DNA of 62,881 nucleotides, counting the filler, from Nemertoderma westbladi (lineage: Eukaryota > Animalia > Xenacoelomorpha), in the NCBI GenBank assembly GCA_032718475.1. It is 3 parts of 3 records of this genome, joined end to end, with 100 filler letters (N's around TTAATTAATTAA, not from the genome) between each part and the next. Parts side by side here need not be neighbours in the genome. Positions count along the whole stretch, not along the records: positions 1 to 27,951 come from JAUCBJ010006006.1; 2 more parts are not named here. One strand, given 5' to 3'. Every line of letters starts with the position of its first letter. Position 1 is the stretch's first letter. The position numbers and the translations under genes were made by a program. The notes beneath the pieces were generated by a model. The model made no database searches and was not told the DNA's origin. It saw only the letters and a list, made by a program, of their open reading frames with translations. This document shows, in pieces, positions 12,804-22,879 of the stretch.

Positions 12804-13487
12804 AGCACCGTTTTCGCCTCTCCTATAGACCGGTCGGCCACCCCCCGACCTGCCGCCTTCCGCTCCGGGGAGACTTTTCCGTCTCTGGAGGTCCCCGCTA
12901 GCCGAGCGGGCGGGCGGTGCCGGAGGCCCGTTGTAGTCGATGGTGGGGGTCACGGAGAACGGGCGAGACGCGACGCCCAATGGCGAACCCGGCGCCGACC
13001 TACTGTGATGGCTGTCCGGCGTCACGCTACCACCGGTGGAACTCGATGTGGATCCCGCGCTGCAGCGTTGCTCTTTACGTAACTGCTGCGTGTAACGCGA
13101 GAGATTAAAAAACAACCCAAGAATCGATTTAAGGTTTCCATCCTTTACATCCAAAGCTGAAACTCCCTCTAAGTTTATCCCTTTAGCTGCGAGGTAATCC
13201 AAACAGTGTTCAATGTTCTCTAACATGTGAGTTGTACTCGAGGGCCGTGTGGTCACATCGGGGACCGTGTCGCGTGTCGCCGCCTCTATGACGTCAGCTA
13301 ACAACACCCCGTCGCTAAAGTCTCGCTGTAGATCCTCTATGAGATGGACTTTACCGGCCCGTTTTAGGTAATGGTTCGCCCAGTCCGTGTAGATGGATTT
13401 TATTTTGCTTTTGTTTTTGTCGTATTGCCCGAGCATCGTGTGGTGACCAGCGAAACATCCAGTCTGGTTGTTTTTCAACCGAGGCAT
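12790..13487 (-). CDS. NAV: Neuron navigator exon 1, calponin-homology (CH) domain
   Basis: IYTDWANHYL...IEDLQRDFSDGVLLADVIE...LENIEHCLDYL...DVKDGNLKSILGLFFNLSRY is the NAV-type CH domain. First in-frame ATG is at 13487. The donor GTGGGT at 12789 (phase 2) joins exon 2 in frame (SQSI-LPEG). An additional upstream exon cannot be excluded. Confidence 0.9.
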
Positions 13488-14130
13488 TTTGTGTTTCGGG
13501 GAAATGTGTCTTGAATGATTTATCGTCAATCAAAATACATAATTATTATCAGATCATTGAGAAATTAATAATTGTTTAAATTTTAAGTGATCGTCCTAAG
13601 TAAAGTGAATAAATATAGTAATTCTTCAAATTAATTTATAATAATTTAATTAAATTTTAATGTAATTATTTTATTAAATTTATTTTCACACTTCATTTAA
13701 TACGATTCCTTATTTTGTTGAAATAGTAATATAAATGAATTGAAAAATTGAAATAAAATAATCTTGTAATATGTATTCGATAACTAAATTATACTAAATA
13801 AATATTGTAAATATTTTGGTATTATTTTATAATTATTTTAAAATATTAATATTATATTATATTATAATAATTAATATATTATTAAATTTGGGATATATTA
13901 ATAAATTTTGAAAAGTGAACTTTTCAGAGTTATTTTAGTAATTTTAATGTATAAATTAAGAGTTTGTATAATTTTAAATTTCTTGTGGTATTGTATTTTG
14001 TGCTGCCCTCCTTGTTCCTGTATGCTGCTTTGATGAGTTTATTGTTTTGGTTTGATTTATTTAGCCGTAGTCTAATCTGTTAATTTACCCACAAAGGGAA
14101 AAGAGTAACAAGTCAAGTCAAATATAATAA

Positions 14131-16435
14131 CAAAATATAGATAGCAAAATAAAGATAGCAAAATATAGATACAACAAAATATAGATAGTAAAATTTAGAA
14201 ACCAAAATATAGATAGCAAAATATAGATAGCAAAATAAAGATAGCAAAATATAGATACAACAAAATATAGATAGCAAAATATAGATAGTAAAATTTAGAA
14301 ACCAAAATATAGATAGCAAAATAAAGATAGCAAAATATAGATACAACAAAATATAGATAGCAAAATATAGATAGTAAAATTTAGAAACCAAAATATAGAT
14401 AGCAAAATATAGATAGTAAAATTTAGAAACCAAAATATAGATAGCAAAATATAGATAGTAAAATTTAGAAACCAAAATATAGATAGCAAAATATAGATAG
14501 TAAAATTTAGATAGTAAAATTTAGAAACCAAAATATAGATAGCAAAATATAGATAGTAAAATTTAGAAACCAAAATATAGATAGCAAAATATAGATAGTA
14601 AAATTTAGAAACCAAAATATAGATAGCAAAATAAAGATAGCAAAATATAGATACCACAAAATATAGATAGCAAAATATAGATAGTAAAATTTAGAAACCA
14701 AAATATAGATAGCAAAATATAGATAGCAAAATAAAGATAGCAAAATATAGATACAACAAAATATAGATAGCAAAATATAGATAGTAAAATTTAGAAACCA
14801 AAATATAGATAGCAAAATATAGATAGCAAAATATAGATAGTAAAATTTAGAAACCAAAATATAGATAGCAAAATATAGATAGTAAAATTTAGAAACCAAA
14901 ATATAGATAGCAAAATAAAGATAGCAAAATATAGATACAACAAAATATAGATAGCAAAATATAGATAGTAAAATTTAGAAACCAAAATATAGATAGCAAA
15001 ATATAGATAGCAAAATAAAGATAGCAAAATATAGATACAACAAAATATAGATAGTAAAATTTAGAAACCAAAATATAGATAGCAAAATATAGATAGCAAA
15101 ATAAAGATAGCAAAATATAGATACAACAAAATATAGATAGCAAAATATAGATAGTAAAATTTAGAAACCAAAATATAGATAGCAAAATAAAGATAACAAA
15201 ATATAGATACAACAAAATATAGATAGCAAAATATAGATAGTAAAATTTAGAAACCAAAATATAGATAGCAAAATATAGATAGTAAAATTTAGAAACCAAA
15301 ATATAGATAGCAAAATATAGATAGTAAAATTTAGAAACCAAAATATAGATAGCAAAATATAGATAGTAAAATTTAGAAACCAAAATATAGATAGCAAAAT
15401 ATAGATAGTAAAATTTAGAAACCAAAATATATATAGCAAAATATAGATAGTAAAATTTAGAATCCAAAATATAGATAGCAAAATATAGATAGTAAAATTT
15501 AGAAACCAAAATATAGATAGCAAAATAAAGATAGCAAAATATAGATACAACAAAATATAGATAGCAAAATATAGATAGTAAAATTTAGAAACCAAAATAT
15601 AGATACAAAATATAGATAGTAAAATTTAGAAACCAAAATATAGATAGCAAAATATAGATAGTAAAATTTAGAAACCAAAATATAGATAGCAAAATATAGA
15701 TACTAAAATTTAGAAACCAAAATATATATAGCAAAATATAGATAGTAAAATTTAGAAACCAAAATATAGATAGCAAAATATAGATAGTAAAATTTAGAAA
15801 CCAAAATATAGATAGCAAAATAAAGATAGCAAAATAAAGATAGGAAAATATAGATACAACAAAATATAGATAGCAAAATATAGATAGTAAAATTTAGAAA
15901 CCAAAATATAGATACAAAATATAGATAGTAAAATTTAGAAACCAAAATATAGATAGCAAAATATAGATAGTAAAATTTAGAAACCAAAATATAGATAGCA
16001 AAATATAGATAGTAAAATTTAGAAACCAAAATATATATAGCAAAATATAGATTGTAAAATTTAGAAACCAAAATATAGATAGCAAAATATAGATAGTAAA
16101 ATTTAGAAACCAAAATAGAGATAGCAAAATAAAGATAGCAAAATATAGATACAACAAAATATATATAGCAAAATATAGATAGTAAAATTTAGAAACCAAA
16201 GTTTAGATACAAAATATAGATAGTAAAATTTAGAAACCAAAATATAGATAGCAAAATATAGATAGTAAAATTTAGAAACCAAAATATAGATAGCAAAATA
16301 TAGATAGTAAAATTTAGAAACCAAAATATATATAGCAAAATATAGATAGTAAAATTTAGAAACCAAAATATAGATAGCAAAATATAGATAGTAAAATTTA
16401 GAAACCAAAATATAGATAGCAAAATATATATAGCA
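14131..16435. repeat. 14-bp satellite with 42-bp higher-order unit (AAAATATAGATAGC / AAAATATAGATAGT / AAAATTTAGAAACC)
   Basis: Directly visible tandem array with 14-nt and 16-nt variant monomers. Confidence 0.95.
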
Positions 16436-19262
16436 CTTATATGGTAATAAAATTATATCCTATCCCAGAAGAATATTTTAGATTATTTAAAATATTATTA
16501 TTAATTATAAATAGTAATTACCGCATATTGGAATATGATAAAACAATGAATATAATAAATTATATATATATTACATTATTTAAAATGTATTAAGTAGTAA
16601 TTTATCCAAGTATCAAATATTGCCCCAAGAACATTTTTTCTAAAGTAAATAACATTTTAAAGTTTCTTCTCCTAAATCTGATATGGTGGTTCTTAAATTA
16701 ATTGACATTTTGCTTATAGCGTGTAAATTATTGATCCATTAACATAGCCGCTAGTGATAGACGGACGGACATTGGGTTGCAAGAGAATTGCGCATCTGTG
16801 AGAAGTTTGCAGCGAGGAAAGAGGCGAATTAGTAGCAGTAGTGTAGTGGGAGCCAACTCTCCCTACTACAGCGCTTCGTACATTGTAGTACGGAAAGATG
16901 CACACGCACAATGCGTAGTGAAGCATCCTCTCGGAGGCATTAACCACACCCGTAGCTAAGCCACTGCTTTTCTCTAGTTGGTTATCTATTGTACATAATA
17001 TATTCTATGCGGTAAGTTCAGTGATATTTAATTTGATGCCCATATTTGGAAGTAAGTATTTCCTTTAATTTCTGGTGCTATATTTCACTTAGCGGGGAAC
17101 CATTGGGAAACCTCCAAGTAATAAACTTAAAGAATACTACTTTTTTTACTTTAAACCCTAAAATCAAAAAATTCCCAAAATCTAAATAAATCTAACCAAA
17201 ACCAAAACAATACAGTACACGAATTAGGAATTGAATTCGCAGAAATTAAATTGACACTACCGGTATTATAAAACATTATTACATAAGATATTTAAAAAAT
17301 AATTAAAAATATACGTACATAAATAAATCTACAATTCGGTGAAAATCTGCACACTTCCATAAAACAATCCTATATACTCATAACATTTCAACATAGTCTC
17401 AAAAAAAGTATTAAAATATATTAATAATGTTGTACCTGTCTGCCTGTATTAGATCAATTTTTAGAAAATATTAAAGTGAATCAAAACATTAATAATTGGG
17501 GTAATTAAAAGCCTTAATATTTTCGTGTTATTTTTAAATCCCCCCGTCACTGCTGTGGGAATGAGTGGGGGCTTGGTGAGTTTTAGTTCATGAGAGAGCG
17601 ACCTAAAGCCACGAGTCCAGACGTGAACTACAAGTTGTGTTTGAGAGTAGAGCTCATTATCTATATGGAGTCTAGAGTCGGCCATATGTGAGCTTCGGTA
17701 ATCGGAAAGTCATTAGTTCGGTTTACTTTATGGCGGTAATCAGGGCATTGTAGGGTAGTAGGTATGTGTAGACATACAGGATGTTAGTTGGATTCAAATA
17801 GTTGTTATCAAAAATAACCACAAAATAGGTGGGGGTATACTTAGAGGAATGTGAATTCATATATAATTTCTCATAAATTACTGTATTCGTGTTGTTTCTT
17901 TATACAGAATATAGAAGACTATAAGAGGAATTGTTTCCTTTTAAATAAAAAAAACATTTAAAAAATGCTGAACTACGTATTGGAATGAAGGCTGATACTT
18001 CAAATTTTAAGAGGGGGCGGGGGGGGGGGGGGGGGGTAGTGCTCCAGAGGACTGAAATAATAACCGATTACTCCCAACAATAAAACTCTAACCTATTCTA
18101 TTGACTTTAGTTTAAGTAGTTTAAATAACGTGCCACTGTAACCTGTTCTATTGTGTATAGTTTATTTTTTTGGTTAAAATAACGTGCCACTGTAACCTGT
18201 TCTATTGTGTTTAGTTTATTTTTTTGGTTAAAAATAACGTGCCACTATTTCCCTAAATTCATAAGATATTAATTCGAGATATTAATTCGCCGAGATGGGA
18301 TTTGCGTAAAGTCCCCCCCCCCCCCCCCCCCCCCCCCTGTCTACTATAACTGGTAATGCATAGATTCAAATAGATCCAATCTCTATCTCTTTGAAGTTGC
18401 TTTGCTTTGTGGCTTTACCGCTCACCCAATGGCAACCATGTGTCATGCTTCAATAACATATGCTTGATGGGCGGTCACACTTTGACACATCCTCACAAAC
18501 GGAAATGAAATGCCAATGAATTGATCATTGCCTTTTCTAGAAGTATCTTAACTAATCATCTATACATATTTATATTACAGAGAAATATAATTTCAATTGA
18601 TACACGGGGAGATAGAATGATAATATTACATAAACACGCAGTAAATAGTATGTTCTTTCTTTCCCAAAAGGGTGCCTATATAATGTATAAAACACAGTAC
18701 AAACGAGGAGATACGAATATATATTTCGCACGCATTTAATGTATTATTTCCCCATGTAGATTGTAGATAATCCACGGCCAGCGCCATCAGTAAGTCCGCA
18801 GGTGTCTGTTATTAAATGTAATGAGTTTTATGTTGCACTAGACACTTTTATGTTGCACTAGAACGCATGAGTGCAGCATGACCTATTTGAAGTAACCAAA
18901 AATCATACGAATTCATTACACAATGCTATGGTATAGGCCTACTTCACATGACATGGACGAGTTTTGTTGCTTTTTAATGTAGTAATTGTAAGTATTGTTA
19001 GTTGTAGAATAAGGACAACATTTGAGGCTGTGGGTGTCAGAATAAACTATAAATAAATTTTTGTATTGAGCCTTGTCAATTTATAACGAATTTTTGGTCA
19101 CTTGGAAAAATAACAATTCCAACTTAAACGAAATAAATTACTTTAATTATAATTTAAAATTATTACGGTGTATAAAACATATTAGAAAACCAAATAACAA
19201 TGAACCAAAATTTACTTTATTTTAATTGTATTGCAGTGTTGCGTGAGCAGTAAAAAAACGTG

Positions 19263-19805
19263 TGTAAGATTGAGCCTATAGCGTGGTGCCCTGTTATATA
19301 AGAGTAGCATTCCCCTACCGGCTTGCGGCTACAGCATAGTTTTGGCGGTGGAGCGTGCGTGCAGGATTAACCGGCTAGTATAGGGAGATCCTTGCTGTGT
19401 GTGGCTGCAAGGAAGCACAGAGAGATTGATGATTAATACTGGGCTAGCTGTGACGATGCGAGTGCCTCGCGTTGGTTGGCTGAGGTTCAGTGCTACTAAG
19501 GTATGACTCATGTCCCCAGTGAGTGTGCCTGTAGTACTAAGAATTGAGCTAGCTAAACAGGCACTGCCTGTATAATGGGTTTGGATATAGAGTTTTATGG
19601 AAGGTAAGAGTTAGTTCCTGGCAGCTATTATCCCTGGCTCCTGTGGATTCGGTTCCTGAGCCCGGAGAGCCCCACAAGCTTTGTCGATCGATGTTTTTTT
19701 GCTTCTTTTGTTATATTTGTTTTTCATATTCAGCTATTGTTATCGGGCAAGAAGGAATGCAACGTAAGATAAGTATTTCGTATACAGTATTATTAGTATA
19801 GTGCA
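19263..19805. mobile_element. Probable solo LTR (543 bp)
   Basis: TG...CA ends flanked by a 4-bp direct repeat CGTG (19259-19262 and 19806-19809); more GC-rich than its flanks; TATATAA near 19294. Confidence 0.5.
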
Positions 19806-19854
19806 CGTGTGGTGTTAATATACTGTAAATTTGTTTCTGGAAGGGTTTATTTCA

Positions 19855-20695
19855 GTAATGGTAGGGTTCATTTCAGTTTGTATTGTAATGGAGGGTCCAT
19901 TTCAGCTTGTATTGTAATGGAGGGTCCATTTCAGCTTGTATTTTAACGGAGGGCTCATTTCAGCTTGTATTTTAATGGAGGGTTCATTTCAGCTTGTATT
20001 GTAATGGAGGGCTCATTTCAGCTTGTATTGTAATGGAGGGCTCATTTCAGCTTGTATTGTAATGGAGGGCTCATTTCAGCTTGTATTGTAATATGGAGGG
20101 CTCATTTCAGCTTGTATTGTAATGGAGGGCTCATTTCAGCTTGTATTGTAATGGAGGGCTCATTTCAGTTTGTATTGTAATGGAGGGTTCATTTCAGCTT
20201 GTATTGTAATGGAAGGCTCATTTCAGCTTGTATTGTAATGGAGGGTTCATTTCAGCTTGTATTGTAATGGAGGGCTCATTTCAGTTTGTATTGTAATGGA
20301 GGGTTCATTTCACCTTGTATTGTAATGGAGGGTCCATTTCAGCTTGTATTTTAACGGAGGGTTCATTTCAGCTTGTATTTTAACGGAGGGCTCATTTCAG
20401 CTTGTATTTTAATGGAGGGCTCATTTCAGCTTGTATTGTAATGGAGGGTTCATTTCACCTTGTATTGTAATGGAGGGTTCATTTCAGCTTGTATTGTAAT
20501 GGGCGGGCTCATTTCAGCTTGTATTGTAATGGAGGGCTCATTTCAGTTTGTATTGTAATGGAGGGTTCATTTCAGCTTGTATTGTAATGGAGGGCTCATT
20601 TCAGCTTGTATTGTAATGGGCGGGCTCATTTCAGCTTGTATTGTAATGGAGGGCTCATTTCAGTTTGTATTGTAATGGAGGGTTCATTTCAGCTT
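19855..20695. repeat. 29-bp satellite (ATGGAGGGYTCATTTCAGCTTGTATTGTA), left, more diverged block
   Basis: Directly visible 29-nt period. Confidence 0.95.
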
Positions 20696-22256
20696 GTGGG
20701 GCGAGCCACGAAGTTGGCGGAGCCTTAGCGAATTGACACTGTTAGGGGGTGGGTCAATTTATGCAAATAGTTGTCGTCGTCGTCGTCGTCGTCGTTGTCG
20801 TCGTCGTCGTTGTCGTCGTCGTCGTTGTCGTCGTCGTTACGATTTTGACATGCTAATAACTTTGTCGGATTTAAAGCTGCCAAGTTGAAAATTTGTAGGT
20901 ATCAATATGAGCAAAAGTTGAGATTTTTGAGAGACTTTCAGACACCATCAGTGCAATGGTCTCCCGCTAGAGGGCCACATGTCTAAACATTAAATGGCCA
21001 CCCATTTCTTTGCTTTTAATCCGTTTAAGCTGAAACTTGGGAAGTATGTACTAGACCATTAGCTGTAAATTTCAAAGGAGGCTAATCTGTCTGCAGTTCT
21101 CCAGTCTGCCGCTAGAGGGCGAAATGTCCCGAATGTGAAATTATTCTTCCATTTAGTTGTTTATGATCTGATTACGCTGAAACTTGTCATATATGTACTA
21201 GATGACATCCTGAGTCTTTGTGTGGATTGTAATCGGTCCGAAGTTTTCCAGTCTCCCGCTAGAGGGCCACATGTCTAAACATTAAATGGCCACCCATTTC
21301 TTTGCTTTTAATCCGTTTAAGCTGAAACTTGGGAAGTATGTACTAGACCATTAGCTGTAAATTTCAAAGGAGGCTAATCTGTCTGCAGTTCTCCAGTCTG
21401 CCGCTAGAGGGCGAAATGTCCCGAATGTGAAATTATTCTTCCATTTAGTTGTTTATGATCTGATTACGCTGAAACTTGTCATATATGTACTAGAAGACAT
21501 CCTGAGTCTTTGTGTGGATTGTAATCGGTCCGAAGTTTTCCAGTCTCCCGCTAGAGGGCCACATGTCTAAACATTAAATGGCCACCCATTTCTTTGCTTT
21601 TAATCCGTTTAAGCTGAAACTTGGGAAGTATGTACTAGACCATTAGCTGTAAATTTCAAAGGAGGCTAATCTGTCTGCAGTTCTCCAGTCTGCCGCTAGA
21701 GGGCGAAATGTCCCGAATGTGAAATTATTCTTCCATTTAGTTGTTTATGATCTGATTACGCTGAAACTTGTCATATATGTACTAGAAGACATCCTAAGTC
21801 TTTGTGTGGACAGTAATCGGTCCGGAGTTTTCGAGTCTGCCGCTAGAGGGCGAAATGTAGGAAAGTGATAACCTTTGCGAATTCCTTGATCTTAATCTAT
21901 TTAAGCTGAATTTTGGAATATACAGTACCGGTATGTACTAGACCACATGCCTCGTCTTTGTGAGGAAGGTGATCGATCCGTAGTTCTTTAATATGCCGCT
22001 AGAGGGCTAAATGTATGAAAGTGAAAACCTTCCAACATTTCGTTATTTATGATCCGTCAATCGGAAACTTGGTAGATATGTAATAGACCATAGGATGTGG
22101 CTTTGTAGGGAAACTAATCCTTCCTTCTTCAGTTACCCAGTCTCCCGCTAGAGGGTTAACGTTTTCCGGGAAAATCTTCTCCTATGTTTTTATAATCCTT
22201 TCGAGTTGATACTTAGCATTAACTCATTTCACGTGCTGCGCGAAGGCCCCACTTCG
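20696..22256 (+). mobile_element. Non-autonomous Helentron/HINE (DINE-1-like) element with internal 145/147-bp tandem repeats
   Basis: Inserted at TT in the satellite with no TSD. It has 5' GTGGGG and subterminal 3' CCCCAC, a 3' hairpin CGAAG-gcccca-CTTCG, a (GTC)n microsatellite (20773-20836) and then a tandem core array, which is the known HINE layout. Confidence 0.7.
20964..22156 (+). promoter_or_regulatory. Nine co-oriented CTCF-like motifs (CCGCTAGAGGG), one per repeat monomer
   Basis: Cores start at 20964, 21109, 21256, 21401, 21548, 21693, 21840, 21996 and 22145. Three are preceded by TGCAGTTCT 17 nt upstream. Motif match only; binding is untested. Confidence 0.6.
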
Positions 22257-22379
22257 TGTATTGTAATGGAGTGCTTCATTTCAGCTTGTATTGTAAATGG
22301 AGGGTTCACTTCAGCTTGTATTGTAATGGGCGTGCTCATTTCAGCTTGTATTTATAATGCGAGGGTTCACTTCAGCCTT

Positions 22380-22456
22380 GTGGGGCGAGCCACGAAGTTG
22401 GCGGAGCCTTAGCGAATTGACACTGTTAGGGGGTGGGTCAATTTATGCAAATAGTT

Positions 22457-22498
<42 letters not shown>

Positions 22499-22879
22499 GT
22501 CGTTACGATTTTGACATGCTAATAACTTTGTCGGATTTAAAGCTGCCAAGTTGAAAATTTGTAGGTATCAATATGAGCAAAAGTTGAGATTTTTGAGAGA
22601 CTTTCAGACACCATCAGTGCAATGGTCTCCCGCTAGAGGGCCACATGTCTAAACATTAAATGCCCTCCCATTTCTTTGCTTTTAATCCGTTTAAGCTGAA
22701 ACTTGGCAGATATGTATTAGACCATTAGCTGTGACTTTCAAAGGAGGCGAATCCATCTGCAGTTCTCCAGTCTGCCGCTAGAGGGCCAACGTGACTATTT
22801 GCATAAATTGACCTACCCCCTAACAGTGTCAATTCGCTAAGGCTCTGCCAACTTCGTGCTGCGCGAAGTCCCCACTTCG
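22380..22879 (+). mobile_element. Second, internally deleted copy of the Helentron-like element, with an inverted copy of its own 5' end
   Basis: The first ~350 nt and the 3' terminus match 20696-22256. Two CTCF-like cores (22630, 22775). Region 22795-22858 is the reverse complement of 22391-22455. Confidence 0.75.

Noticed and set aside
13488-13529. ORF-track start of the CH-domain ORF at 13529 and of the large ORF at 11817
   Set aside because: These are TTG/GTG starts from a prokaryote-style caller; the eukaryotic model uses ATG 13487 and the splice acceptor at 12032.
14113-16422. Hydrophobic YYLYFAIYIL ORFs as membrane proteins
   Set aside because: They are translations of the 14-bp satellite in several frames, with non-ATG starts.
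20694-20888. Arg-rich protamine-like ORF (also 22357-22554)
   Set aside because: It is the translation of the (GTC)n microsatellite in the mobile element.
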